Source: Chrysemys picta bellii (lineage: Eukaryota). Taken from it: 64,000 nt of DNA. This document shows positions 1 through 12,560 of the stretch, one piece after another. The notes beneath the pieces are model-generated. The model did no database searches and was not told the DNA's origin. It saw only the letters and a list, made by a program, of their open reading frames with translations. The position numbers and the translations under genes were made by a program. How positions within the stretch are numbered: the stretch's first letter is position 1; the number at the start of each line of letters is the position of its first letter. The stretch lies in contig NC_088792.1 in NCBI RefSeq assembly GCF_011386835.1, positions 44,454,001-44,518,000 on the forward strand, in the 5' to 3' direction.

Positions 1-440
1 CTCTAGTATGTTTTCACTGGTTACATAGTCTATCCATGATATTTTCAGAATTCTTCTATAACAACATAATTCAAAGGACTGTAGTTTCTTTGTTTGAATG
101 TCCATGTTTTAGAGCTGTAATGTAACACAGACCAAATGTAGGTTTTTAAGAGTCAGAATCTAGTCTTCAGATTTATATCCCTTCTCCTCAGATATTTATT
201 CTTCCAGAATGTCTCTTTTGCTCTTGTTGTTCTGGTGCTGATTTCAGTATCAGATCTTCCATCTTCTGTAATGATGCTTTCTAAGTAGCAATAATTTCTC
301 ACTTGCTGTATGACTGTTGTTCACAGGATCCTTGCACATACCACTATAGTTTTTATCTTGTCCACATTCAACTCTAAACCATATGTAAATTCCACTAACT
401 TCATCAGACCTCCTTCAGAATCAGCCACCAGCACTGTCAG
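1..440 (-). mobile_element. Decayed RTE-clade LINE fragment (RT C-terminal region), runs off window edge
   Basis: Minus-strand translation with stops and frameshifts gives TVLVADSEGGL..YGLELNVDK..YLESIITEDGRSDTEISTR..AKETF..LKTYIWSVLHY, matching the post-YADD RTE ORF pattern. Confidence 0.75.
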
Positions 441-489
441 TTACATAGCAAATATGCCTAAATTAGGGAGTCAGATTTATACTCTAGTT

Positions 490-1508
490 CAGGGGTGGGC
501 AAACTTTTTGGCCCGAAAGTCACATCTGGGAATAGAAATTGTATGGCAGGCTGTGAATGCTCACAAGGTTGGGGTGTGGGAGGGGGTGAAGGCTCTGGTT
601 GGGAGTGCGCGCTCTGGGGTGGGGCCAGAAATGAGGAGTTCAGGGTGCAGGCGGGGGCTCCAGGCTGGGGGAGTGGGGTACAAGGGTGAGGGCTCTGACT
701 CAGGGTGCGGACTCTGGGGTTAGGCTGGGGATGACTAGTTTGGGGTACAGGAGGGTGCTCTGGGCTGGGATCGAGGGGTTTGGAGGGTGGGAGGGGGATT
801 GGGGCAGGGGGATTGGGGTGCAGGCTCTAGCTAGGGATGCGGGCTCTGGAGTGGGGCCAGAAATGAGGAGTTCAGGGTGCAGGCAGGGGCTCCAGGCTGG
901 GGGAGTGGGGTACGAGGACTCAGGGGCACAGGCTTTGAGCGGCGCTTATCTCAAGCAGCTCCTGGAAGCAGTGGCATGTCCCTTCTCCGCACCCTGAGCC
1001 AGAGCCCTCACCCTCGTACCCCACTCCTATGCGGAGGCAAGTCCAGGCAGCTCTGCATGCTGCCCCGTCCGCAGGCACTGCCCCTGCAGCTCCCATTGGA
1101 GCGCCGGAGGGGGCCATTGGAGCGCATAGGAGCCGGAGTGGGGACATGCCGTGGCTTCTGGGAGCCACGTGGTGCGGCCCCCGACCCTGCGCCCTGGCTG
1201 GAGTGGGGCCATACGGCTACTTCCGGGATCCGTGTGGAGCGGCCTCCCGACCCTGCTTCCCGGCTGGAGCACCAGAGGGGGGCCATGCCACGGCTTCTGG
1301 GAGCCACGTGGTGCAGCCCCCGACCCTGCACCCTGGCTGGAGTGCCGGAGCAGGGCCATCTGGCTGCTTCTGGGAGCCAGATGGAGCGGCCCCCGACCCT
1401 GCTCCCCAGCTGGAGCACCGAAGCGGGGCAAGCCTCAGATCCCGCTCCACAGTGGGAGCTCGCGGGCCGGCTTAAAACAGCCTACGGGCCGTAGATTGCC
1501 CATCCCTG
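490..1508. mobile_element. Non-autonomous hAT element with internal GC-rich tandem repeats
   Basis: Termini CAGGGGTGGGCAA / TTGCCCATCCCTG; 8-bp TSD CTCTAGTT (482-489) / CTCTAGTG (1509-1516); about 70-bp internal units at about 1130-1460. Confidence 0.85.
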
Positions 1509-1590
1509 CTCTAGTGCTTTGAGGTTGAAAGAATGAACGCTGCTTGACTGAGATGACACCACAAATTATTAGTATTCATTTGCTTTAGAG

Positions 1591-1712
1591 CAGGGGTGGG
1601 CAAAATACAGCCCGCAGGCTGGATCCAGCCCCATGTAACATTTCTGTCTGGCCTGCCAGGCTCTTTGGCTGCCCCCTCGTGATCTCTGGGCCGCTAAAAG
1701 TCCCGCAGCACA
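1591..1712. mobile_element. hAT-type element left-end fragment
   Basis: Starts CAGGGGTGGGCAAAATACAGCCCGC; no right terminus found. Confidence 0.5.
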
Positions 1713-1926
1713 GCCTTTATTTTTGTAAATAATAGTCTTCGCCATTTCTACGGTTCTTTTTCAATATGCTGGTGTTAACGGAAGCCATTGAAATCAGTGA
1801 GAGTTGTAGATGCCTAATACCTCAGAAAAGAGGTCTACTTGATTTGAATCCCCGCCCTGCTCCAGCAAATCCAGTTCAAAATATAGTCTTCCATCATCCT
1901 CTGTAGAGGTAACCGCATACTAAATG

Positions 1927-2044
1927 TATCCTTTTGTTAAATAAAACTAATTTAGCTAGAATCAAAGCTCTGGTTAAAACGTTTAGTTAACGTTTTAACC
2001 AGAGCTTTGATTCTAGCTAAACTAGTTTTATTTAACAAAGGATA
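1927..2044. repeat. Near-perfect 118-bp palindrome (arms about 56 bp, 5-nt loop), possible TA-flanked MITE
   Basis: 1927-1983 is the reverse complement of 1989-2044 except one mismatch and one T indel; TA at both ends. Confidence 0.9.
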
Positions 2045-2559
2045 GGCCTATTATTTACAGTCAGCTGCCTGAGCCAGCAGCTTTTTTTATTGTAAGAGGA
2101 AAGGGCGAGACTATGGGCTGTGATAGGAGGCCAGTTTCTGGTCCACCAGAGGCAGCAGCAAAAATCCCCCTCTAATCCTAACTATAACAGGAAAATAAAA
2201 CCATTAACCCCCTCAGGCTTGCTACAGAAATGTACTATTCTGACTCATTCTTCTCCCAACCCCCGCAAGCTTGTAAGACTCATGTACTCCAACCAGTTTA
2301 CCTTTGATCTGAGAACTGTTTACATGATTACACTAACGAGACAAATGCTTTCAACAGGCCTAGGAACCAGTTCAGTCTGAACCATTTTAGAACTAGGGAG
2401 GGAACACACTGAGATCAAGCTGGGTGGCTCTTCAAAATCTAGAATCCACTGCTTTTGTGAAGGGGGTGAGGGAGTGGGCCCTGCAACTGAAGGCATCTAG
2501 ATCAGTGCTGTGGGGAGACAGGGGACAAAGGATCTTAAACTAGTTGGGCGTCTAATGCC

Positions 2560-3560
2560 GATGGCGTGAACGCCGCGCAGCCCCGGGGCTGGCAGAGAGG
2601 ATTGATACGCAGGGGAAAGAGGGGTGCTCCCTAGAGGACGGGGCAGGGCCGTGCTGTTGCTGGGGGAGTGGATGTTGCACTGATACTTGAGCTTTAGCAC
2701 TGGCATGTGCCCCGCCAGCTCTATGGCTGGCGCAGACTCCGCTGGCCAGAGAAGCCGAGTTCCCTACTACATACACGGCATAGGCCTGCGGAGCGTGTCT
2801 GACCCCCCGGTCACAGCAGGGCACCTGCAGCCCGGACACTGCCGCGGCCCCCGAGTCGGGGGAGGGCGTCTCCTTCCGCCCCTCCCCCAGCACAGCCCGC
2901 GGGGGGCTCCTCTCGCCCCGCAGCACCGACACCCGAGCGGGGCGCCCGGCGGGAGGCTCGTCCCAGCCCCTCAACGCCCTGCTGCAGGGCCCCGGCCCGC
3001 GCTTACCCCGCCCTGGTAGTAGCCTCCTCCGGCGCCGGGGTGCCCAGGATACGCCATGTCTAGCGCGCTGCGGTCTGCTGCTGCCCCTCCCCCTCCCGTC
3101 CCTACCAGCTGCACCACAGGCCGGGCGGGGACGCCCGGGTCACACCATCCCCGGGGGGAGGGCGGAGCAGGGCGCACTACTTGCGGCACCGCTTCTCCCT
3201 CCCCTCCTGCGGGGTGTGAGCGACTGCGAATCGCTGAGAGGTTGCGCGGTTTGTTGCTCTGTTAGACCCCCATTTTAGGAAATTATCCCCTTTGGCTCGC
3301 TCAGAAGAGAGAGAACACCCCTCCGCTGTAATGGTACAGGCCAAAGCCCCAGCGGGCGGGTTTTTTTTTTTTTTAAACAAAAACTTTATCCACACGCAGG
3401 CGCAGCTCGGGGAGCACTGTGCCCTCTCAGTGTGCAAGGGGCTGTGTGCCCTCGTTGCGCAACGCAGCCTGCAGCCTGGCCTGGGACCCCGCTTAAAAAG
3501 CAACTTTATTGCTCGTTTTGGACACGAAGGGTGGGGGAGTGCGCGATAATTGGCTGCTGC
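2560..3560. promoter_or_regulatory. SRI: CpG island / SRI promoter and first exon region
   Basis: Visibly CpG-dense GC-rich segment in an AT-rich background, enclosing SRI exon 1; GGGCGG boxes at about 3121, 3160 and 3354. Confidence 0.8.
3007..3057 (-). CDS. SRI: Sorcin coding exon 1 (remaining exons not found; presumably left of the window)
   Basis: Encodes MAYPGHPGAGGGYYQGG (51 nt), the sorcin N-terminus, followed by donor GTAAGC at 3006; STEAP4 neighbour as in the mammalian ADAM22-SRI-STEAP4 synteny. Confidence 0.93.
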
Positions 3561-3568
3561 TGCTAGAC

Positions 3569-3851
3569 CAGGGGTCAGCAACCTTTCAGAAGTGATGTGC
3601 CAAGTCTTCATTTATTCACTCTGATTTAAGGTTTCGTGTGCCAGTAATACATTTTAATGTTTTTAGAAGGTCTCTTTCTATAAGTCTATAATATATAACT
3701 AAACTATTGTTGTATGTAAAGTAAATAAGGTTTTTAAAATGTTTAAGAAGCTTCATTTAAAATTAAATTAAAATGCAGAGCCCCCCCAGACCAGTGGCCA
3801 GGACCCAGGCAGTGTGACTTTGGCATGCATGCCATAGGTGGCCTACCCCTG
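3569..3851. mobile_element. Non-autonomous hAT element
   Basis: Termini CAGGGGTCAGCAACC / GGTGGCCTACCCCTG; TSD TGCTAGAC (3561-3568) / TGTTAGAC (3852-3859). Confidence 0.85.
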
Positions 3852-3864
3852 TGTTAGACTATGG

Positions 3865-4436
3865 CAGTGTTGCCAACTCTTGCAATTTTATCCAGATTCT
3901 CATAATACTTAGTGTTTTTTTTCTTAAAGCTCCAGCTCCTGGAGTCATGTGAGAATCTCTGCAACCATGTTTTTAAAAGACGTTTCTAGCGTGGTTGTAA
4001 GAGAAAGAGGCTTGAAAATGTGACTGATCTGTACCCTCAGGGCTCAAAATCTAGAAGGACAAAAAAGAGATGCTGCCAAATTGGTTATGTTTTAAAAATC
4101 TCATATTTGAAATTATTTTTGAACAGACTATTCAAAATTGCATATTACTGACTATTAGTAACCACAAGCATTCACAAATTATGAGCCAGACTCTCAAAAT
4201 CATGAGATTGGCTTAAGTGGTATAAGACTTTGGAAACAATATACTTTAGATTCTTTTGTGTTGTTTGTTTTGTTTTTATTTTGTTTCTGACCCTTTAGCT
4301 TTGACAACTTTGAGCTTTCTCTGAAATCATGAAGGCCATTAAAATAAATAAAAAATCTATGCTGAGATTCTCACATAGGACTACGGGAGCTGGAATTTAA
4401 AGAAAAATACAAGATATTGTGAGAACTGACAACAGA
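3865..4436. mobile_element. Old hAT-like non-autonomous element
   Basis: Starts CAGTGTTGCCAACTC, ends with degenerate GAACTGACAACAG; internal repeated CTCATGA motifs. Confidence 0.5.
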
Positions 4437-5354
4437 GTATTGTGAAGGAAAAGTTCTGACCGTCATCCTTTCATGGTCTGTGCTTAATAAAACATATTAA
4501 TCATGTAAATAATATTGAGAATAATAATGAAAATACACCTGAAAAACAGTGAATATAAAAGTGCAAATAATCCCCCTGTTCATAATCAATATCCATGAAA
4601 ACAAGAAATCTAATATAGAAATGAGTTCATCTTGCTCTACATGGATTCCAGACTTTTGGGGCAATAAGTATTCATTTAAATAGACCAAATTATTACCCTA
4701 TCCAGTGCAGTAACACATGGCCACAGCTGGGTCAGCTGTGCATGTTATAACCTGTTGCTATCAGGCTGGGAGTGGGAGCCGATCAAGTAATATGATGAGT
4801 TAGAATTACTGTTTAGGCAATAGTAGCATTCACAGTGTATTAGCAGGCAGTTTCCAAACACATAGGACGACAGTCCCAGTATTAAGCAGTGTACAGTTTT
4901 AAAAGGAATGTATACAGTTGAATGGGAGCTGCTGGCTCCTCATTTAAGAGGCCCCTCATTTAAAATGGCAGACGACGGTACCAGTTGCAAAAGCCAGATA
5001 CTTATCGTGTCCCCTCATCTACTAAAGTTTGATTCTTTCCTTAACACAGTGTTCTCCAGCAATTCATTCAGACTAATATTACAGGACTAGAAACGGTAAT
5101 AGTGGTATTCCAGACATCAGAGACTTTAAATGAGGAAGCTAGAGGTGATTCCTCTTATTATTCTTTAGCTTATATGTTAGAAAAAATTAACATGCATACT
5201 ATTGAGAATCACAGCCCCTTTCCCAGGTCATGTGGAAAGAGTAAAATTGAAGGGCTATTGGTCAAGCCTAGAACAAGGCATAGTTCTGGCAGATCTGGTG
5301 AAAGGTCCAAAATATAATACAAAAAGTTAATTCAACCTCATATGCAGTGTTTTA

Positions 5355-5480
5355 GTAGCCATATTGGTCCCAGAATATTAGAGAGACAGGGTGGGTGAGG
5401 TGATATCTTTTATTGGACCAACTTCTGTTGGTGAGAGAGAGAAGCTTTCGAGCTTACACAGATTTCTTCTTCATGTCAAC
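5355..5480 (-). mobile_element. Penelope-like element terminal fragment (second family) with degenerate hammerhead at 5439-5477
   Basis: Minus strand GACATGAAGAAGAAATCTGTGTAAGCTCGAAAGCTTCTC followed by the CACCAACAGAAGTTGGTCCAATAAAAGATATCACC tail. Confidence 0.65.
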
Positions 5481-5599
5481 CATTCATTCAACCTTGGCAT
5501 GCCTTCTTTACTACGTAGCTCTTCCAGTGGTGTTCTATTCTTACCTACAGCATCCTTGCTATTCTATTCTTTAGCATCTTTAACATTAGCATTCACAGA

Positions 5600-6216
5600 T
5601 CACGAATTGAATGAGAGTCAACAATGTGATTCAGTTGTGAAAAATGTTAATATTTTGGGTGAATTAACAGGAGTGTTGTTTATAAGACACGGGAGGGAAT
5701 TGTCCGTTCAGCACTGTAGAGTTCTGGGCACCACACTTTAGGAAAGATGGGGACAAATTGGACAGAGTTAGGAGGAGAGCAATAAAAATGATAAAAGAGT
5801 TAGAAAATCTGACCTTGAGGAAATGTTAAAAAAAACTAGGCATCTTTAGTCCTTGAGAAAAGAAGACAGGGGAGATCTTATAATAGTCTTCAAATGTTAA
5901 TGAAAGGTCTGATATAAAGAGGAACGTGATCAATTGTTCTCCATATACACTGAAGGTAGGACAAGAAGTAATAGGCTTTATCTGCAGCAGGGGAGATTTA
6001 GGTTAACTATTAGGAAAAACGTTGTAACTATAAGGGTAATTAAGCTCTAGAACAAGCTTCCAAGAGAGTTTGTAGAATACCTGTAATTGGAGGTTTTAAA
6101 GAAAAGTTTGGACAAACACCTGTCAGGGATGGTCTAGGTTACTTTGTCCTGCCTCAGTGCAAGAGGCTGGACTCAATGTTTTCTTGAGGTCCCTGTCAGT
6201 CCAACATCCCTATAAT
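5600..6216 (+). mobile_element. CR1 LINE 3' fragment
   Basis: Collinear with the 3' part of the 19945-22317 CR1 (GAAGGTAGGACAAGAAGTAAT, GGACAAACACCTGTCAGGGATGGTCTA, GAGGTCCC). Confidence 0.85.
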
Positions 6217-6243
6217 GCGATGATCTCACAAATAGATGTATAC

Positions 6244-6554
6244 CAGGGGTCGGCAACGTTTGGCACGCGGCTTGCCATGGTAAGCACCCTGGCGGACCAG
6301 GCCAGTTTATTTACCTGCTGACGCGGCAGGTTTGGCCGATCGCAGCCCCCACAGGCCACGGTTCGCCATCCTGGGCCAATGGGGGCGGCGGGAAGCCGCG
6401 GCCAGCACATCCCTTGCCCGCGCCGCTTCTCGCCGCCCCCATTGGCCCGGGACGAGTGGGGGCCGAACCTGCCGCGTCAGCAGGTAAATAAACTGGCCCG
6501 GCCCGCCAGGGTGCTTACCCTGGCGAGCCACGTGCCAAACATTGCCGACCCCTG
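6244..6554. mobile_element. hAT MITE with about 100-bp terminal inverted repeats
   Basis: CAGGGGTCGGCAAC / TTGCCGACCCCTG; perfect 8-bp TSD ATGTATAC (6236-6243, 6555-6562). Confidence 0.92.
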
Positions 6555-8304
6555 ATGTATACACTTTTACAAGATTTGCCGTTTGCCAGCCTCTTAATCT
6601 GCTGGCTCATAGAACAAGATACATTGATCACTTTGGAGAATGAGCATTAGTTATGTAACAATACTAAATAATCAAAGAAAAAGTCTTGGCTTGTGATAAT
6701 ACAGAAGAATCATAGGAAGAGTTTTTGCCTACAAAGAACACTGTTGCCAATATAATATTCATAGTAACAAGATTTCAAGAAACACCATCCAAATTGTCAC
6801 CCTTGTTTGCAGTCTCAATGATGAGAGTGTAAAGGCACACAGCACTGAAAACTCCTGACAATCGTTTCCTTCTTCAGGCTTAATTTTTAGAAGATGGCAA
6901 CATAGTGGGGTATGAAAGAAGAATATAGATTTGGCTGGTTTGCTAATAAGTCTAAATCGAAAATATGGATTATTACACTGATGTGCTGGCAATAATTTCA
7001 CAAGAGGTTCCTAGAAACATAGCCCATGATAAACCCTTTGTTCACATGAGTGCTCTTTCAGGGAGCTGAAGGACTAGGGGAATCTATTCATTTGTTTTTC
7101 TATTAAAATAAAACCACATCCTCACAAACATTAGCAGGGAAAGTGGCAACAACACCACTTGTCAGACAAGATTATATTAAGTGCATTTGCTGGAAATGTT
7201 TATACTCTGTTCCTGAAAATTACACTGAATTTATCAAGAACAGCACAATGTTCAGCTTGCATAATTAGATGTGTGGGTGAAGACTTTTTTGGGGGGCATT
7301 TTGAGTATCTTTTAGCAGATTTTTTTTAAATGACTTCTGATACAACTTGGTCCATTCAAAAAAGGTAAAAAAAATGTGTTCCTCAGAAGTTTGAAGCCCA
7401 AGGAGAAGCCTTTCCTAGCAGGGTGAGTCAGCAGTATCTAAAATGGGGAGTAAATCCCATCAGAGGCAAGGACGTCATTCCAAGCTTCCCTTCAGTGTAA
7501 TATCAGATTTTTAATAAGGGGGTACTATCCAGCACAGCATTGAGTGCATACATACGTATAAGGAAAGGAAAACTGTTAGTGCAAACACCAGAAGAAAGAA
7601 AAAATGAGAGCAGTGAAAAAAAATTATTGATTCCAACATGCAATGAAACAATGAGCAATTATGAATGCTTTCTAAATTGGCTGAAAGGCCAAATGAAAGC
7701 AAGCCACACATTTACATTCAGCAACATTGGCCAGCTCTTCATTCTTGTAACATGAACATTTGTTCTAAAAAAACAGAAACAATTTGTTTTTGCAGAAGTG
7801 CATCCAAAATACCATTTGAAATCAATGAAAGCTGTGCGTGCTTAGCAATTAAATATATAAGGTCTTTCAAACTGGACACCCAAAATCAGAGGCTGCTTTT
7901 GAGAATTTTGGTCTTGCTATAATGAATTAAGTCTATACCATTGGAACATAATAATACATGCTGCTGCATTTACGTGGGCATTTGGGATGCAAAGAACTTC
8001 AGCAGGAATTTGAAGTTAGGACTGGCCAGAAAACAAGACTTCCTTTTCACACAAAAATTTCAGGTTTTGACATTTGTTTCTGTTCTGATGAGGAATGAAA
8101 ATGAGACATTTTGATTTTTTTGTGAAAAAAAGAGAGGGAAATAGACATACGTGCTGAACTAGGGGTCCTGGGAGTGCGGCAGCATCCCCTGGCTTGAAGT
8201 GGTTTCCATCATATACAGGGTTTACAGTTTGGTTCAATGGCTCTCAGCACCCCCACTATACAAATTGTTCCAGCAGCCCTGGAAATAGACTCGCCCACCC
8301 CACA

Positions 8305-8700
8305 ATAGCCAGTAACTCAGTGTTTAGGGTACTCATCTGGGATGGGTAACAGGTTCAAGTTGTTGCTCTGAATCTCATAGAGCAAGTAGTTGAATCTAGG
8401 TCTCCCACATCCCAGGTGAATACCCTGCCTGCCAGTTAATAGAGTCAGTATCTTTTACTTTGGCCCAATGAATATTTACTTATTGATATAAAGTAGAACA
8501 ACTCTGCCTCAAGAACTTGAACATGAGATTGACTCTAGCCCTGTAGTTCGGACTTTCACATGTGATGTGGGGGACCCAGTTTCAATTTCCCCTGCTACCT
8601 TGAGTAGGAGCAGGGACTTGAATCTGAATTTTCCCTACGAGTGCTCTGGTCACTGGGATATTCTGAGGTGGGTGTCTCTCTCTGTTGAAACAGATACATT
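8305..8700. mobile_element. Degenerate tRNA-head SINE-like repeats
   Basis: A-box/B-box-like motifs (TAACTCAGTGTTTAGGG..GGTTCAAG; GTAGTTCGG..CAGTTTCAATTTCCC) without a cloverleaf. Confidence 0.4.
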
Positions 8701-11147
8701 TCCATGAAAAGTTTCAATCAGTTTCCAATGAAAAAATGTTTTGTAATATAGTTTGGCAGTATCTTCTCTTCTAAAATTAAGAGGCTGATTTTCACTGTGG
8801 TGTGAAAGGGGGGCTAACCTGATAGTTATTAATAATATTAATGTGACTCAGCAGCTAATATTACCATGTGCATTGTTGAATATTTACATATATTATAATA
8901 GTGTTTCGTTTACAAAAAGGAAAAAACATTTAATGTACTGTATGTTAAATGTGCATAATATGAATTCATTTACATTACAAGGCTGCTACATGAAAATTAA
9001 TAGCTTGAGGAAACTGGCTGCATTTTCAATTGATCTTGATACAATTAATTAGAAAGTGGCTTTTTTTTAATTATGCGGGAAAGAAATAATTATCTTGGAA
9101 AGATGATCCAACATGAATATTAAATCAATTTGTTTTTGTTTTTTTAAATGAAGCTGGTGTTATCTGCATATTAATAAGGGAGAAGTGCCAGAGATTCCAT
9201 GAAGTCCACTAGGGACTTTACATGGAACCTATTCAGATAGTTAGATTACGGGTGGCAGTACAAAACCCTTTGTGAGGCAGTACAAAACTCTTTGTGGTCA
9301 AAGAATAATCATACTTGTTTAAATAGTGGCAAAACAATAATGGCATATCACTTTGCATTTTTTTTACACAGTATGTGGTATTGTGTGTAAAGGAAATAGA
9401 AGCTGCCTATAATATTTTATGAATATTACATGTTCTATCTGTTGGCATATTGTGTTATTTGCTATATGATTATAAGTGGTTAATTCCAAGAGAAGCTGAT
9501 AGCACATATATAGGAAGGTAAACAATAGCTTCAGATATTTCCAGTACTTAACAAATAATACAGATATCATTCGCTTTGAAGTTTTACTTCTGACCATGCT
9601 GTTCCACAATCTGGCCTGTAACCCAGCAGGAAGGAGCCGGGTGGGAAAAACTGCAACAAAGAATTTTGAGGTGGATAAAAAAGACTGAATCCCAGTCTCA
9701 GACGTTGTGTTGTCTGGATAAGCTAGGCCTACTAAAGCCATTTGTGGCCTCATGCAAACTGGTCTGGTAATCACACACACTTGGTGTACATTGATGTATT
9801 TCAAAGAGAAACTATTTGTTTTGCGGAAGTATGTTTTGAACCCCTGGGATGCATCATGTCTAGTTGAGAGGTTTCAGCAACTCTAGCCTGAGCAATTTAA
9901 CTAAGGGATGTGTTGAGAGTCTCTACCAGCAATGAACTAAATTCTTTCCACTGGACTCTCCCAGCCAGGAGAGACCTGGGTTCAAAACTCAGGTTGTGTG
10001 ATTAAGAATTTTCAACACTTCCAGCATCTCAGTAAGGAACACTGAAATTAAAGGAGAGAAGACTTAAGCCTTTGTCTTCACCCTGAACATGAACACACAC
10101 AGGGTGGTCTGAATCAGAATGATTTTATTTGCAAAGTGTCATAGAATATCCTCATAGTGAGAGGGACTTAAATGAACTACCTCACAGACAGAACTCTAAT
10201 TTACCAGACTGCCTAGTACTGAAACAAACCCACTAACCGAGACTTTGTGGCCGTCTGGCAGAGGCAAAGAATTGGGTGGTTCAGAATACATGAAGAAAGG
10301 ATATAGTTTTCTTTTAAATTCTACAGGTCTTTTTAGCATAATTTCTGAAGAACTCTAATAAATTTGTATAGAACCCCATTGATTTAATCCCTTTTAAATT
10401 CTATTAGACTTTTCCATTGGTGTTATTCGGCTTTCTGAACCAGCTTCCAGATCATCCTAGAAACATGGCTATCAGCCCACATCTTCATTATTCCACCCTC
10501 ACAGCTTCATTTGGACTCATATTGTTTATGTTGCTAGTAACACACCTAGGGATCGCTTGTTTATCTTGTGAAGTTTAATACAATAGAATACCTTCACCAC
10601 ACAAGCAGTGGCACACCCAAATGACACCATTCCTTTCAAAGCGGTTGGGAAACAATGCAGCTATTGTTTTTCTTTTTCTTTTTGTTGTTAACAAAACATT
10701 TATCTAGCTCACAGAAATGTTTGACTAGCATTCGTTGATATCAGAGAGTGCAACAGGCAAATAGTTTGATTTACTGAATGTAACTCGTACATACTGTATG
10801 CATCGCAAGAGGATCTGTGTCGAATTAGTTACAGAACACTAACTGTATATGCAGCACATATTGATTCTATAACTAAGCTTATCTGTGCACTCTATTAAAG
10901 ACTTTTTTCCTATGTTATTTTTTTATTTGAAAATAAGAATCCAGAGCAGTAGTCACGTTCTTGAAAATCTGCTTATATGATCTAATATTGTCTTCATGTG
11001 CAGGGTATGTTTCTGAACATGCCACAATGTAGTGATCACTCTGGTTGCAAATTTCATTTTAGAAAAAGGAGTGACTTTTATTAGTGAAGCTGTTTCTCTT
11101 ATAAAAATGATAAAATCAGTATTTTACATGATTTCAGGAAAACTGGC

Positions 11148-11232
11148 TATAAATTTGTTAGTCTCTAAGGTGCCACAAGTACTCCTGTTCTTCTTTTTGC
11201 GGATACAGACTAACACGGCTGCTACTCTGAAA
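11148..11232 (+). mobile_element. Penelope-like element terminal tail (same family as 56073-56503), hammerhead absent
   Basis: AAATTTGTTAGTCTCTAAGGTGCCACAAGTACTCCTGTTCTT..GCGGATACAGACTAACACGGCTGCTACTCTGA is nearly identical to the reverse complement of 56073-56150. Confidence 0.85.
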
Positions 11233-11300
11233 CCTGACTATAAGTGTTACCATAGGTGTTATTTGATGCTGAGCTCTTTGGAAAATAAGGTGGTTATTTA

Positions 11301-11593
11301 GGCCTTGTCTACACTACGAGAGTAGTTCGATTTTACTTGCATCGAATTTTTGTAATCGATATTGCAAAGTCGAACGTGTGTGTCCACACTAAGGACAGTA
11401 ATTCGACTTTGTGCGTCCACACTAACGGTGAAAGCGTCGACATTCGAAGCGGTGCACTGTGGTCAGCTATCCCACAGTTCCCGCAGTCCCCTCTGCCCAT
11501 TGGAATTCTGGGTGTAGCCGGCAATGCCTTCTGGGTAACAAAATGAGTCCAGGGTGCTTTTGGGAAACTGTCGTCATCCGTCCATCACTCCCG
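11301..11593 (+). mobile_element. PIF/Harbinger terminal fragment
   Basis: Starts GGCCTTGTCTACACT after TTA; repeated GTCCACACT/TCGA subterminal motifs. Confidence 0.75.
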
Positions 11594-12296
11594 ATGCATA
11601 ACTAGGAGTTAAGACCTTTTGAAAGTCTGGCCCCAACAGTGGGTGTTGAGCAATTGAAAATCTGGCCCTCTGGGCATGAACTGAAGTAGCTGATCATATC
11701 ATACATAACTGTGCATCTTAAAGGAAGCCAAGCTTTGTTAATTGTGTGTCTTTATTATTCTCTTGCCCCAAGCCAAAAGAAATTGTCACATTGGAGCATT
11801 AGTGTAATCTTCAGATTACATGAAATACCCGTGCTATATAACACACAATTGCTGGGTAAAATGTAGCAGCTGGGGAGAAGACGGCACACGAGGCAGATTT
11901 CATGCAAATATTTGTCATCAAATCGAGTGCTTTGAGATCTATGGATGAAAAGTGCTTTTTAGGAATGAAGTTGTATTATGAATAATATAGAGTCACAAAT
12001 GTGCAGAGTGTTATATAACCAAATAAGAAGATAATGTCCCTGCCCTAAATAGATTACAATCTAAGGGTCTGATCCTGCAAACACTTACTACCAATTGTAA
12101 CCGGACTCCTCCTGGTAATGAACAATGTACCCAGTAGAAAATGTTCACAGGATTGCACTCTAATTAGACAATGTATAAGCAAAGGAACTGGGAGGAAGAT
12201 GTAATGAAGTAATGTAATAGCATATGGATTATTTGTCGGGCAGGCATCTTTTAGCTCAAGTGCATTTTGTTTTTATTATAATTTTACATTTATACT

Positions 12297-12560
12297 GCAG
12301 GCCCGAGGGGAGGAGGCAGGGGACACGTGGCTCTGTGTGCTGCCCCTCTCTGCAAGGACCACCCCCGCAGCTCCCATTGGCCACAGCTCCCCGTTCCCGG
12401 CCAATGGGAGCTGCGGGGGCGGTGCTTGCAGGCAAGAGCAGCGCGCGGTGGGAGATCCCTGCCCCCACGACCCTGAGACCACAGGGCCATGCTGGCCGCT
12501 TTCGGGAGTGGCGTGGGGCCGGGGCAGGCATGGAGCAAGCCTTAGTGGCAGCCCTGCTAT
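12297..12560. mobile_element. GC-rich hAT-family internal fragment
   Basis: Shares CCCATTGGC..GCCAATGGGAGCTGCGGGGG motifs with the 490-1508 and 6244-6554 elements. Confidence 0.55.

Noticed and set aside
310-1522. Many overlapping 60-205 aa ORFs
   Set aside because: They lie in a GC-rich TSD-bounded hAT element where stops are rare; open in most frames, low complexity, no recognisable domain.
1845-1910. Exon-like segment (AG-GATGATGGAAGA..CAA-GTAG) as possible SRI exon 2
   Set aside because: Translates to DDGRLYFELDLLEQGGDSNQ, not the expected [28 protein letters not shown]; weak splice sites.
3345-3375. GC stretch followed by a long T run resembling an intrinsic terminator
   Set aside because: Eukaryotic promoter context; no solid stem; a simple homopolymer next to a GC box.
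8305-8700. tRNA-like A/B boxes
   Set aside because: No cloverleaf or anticodon arm can be built; consistent with decayed SINE heads.
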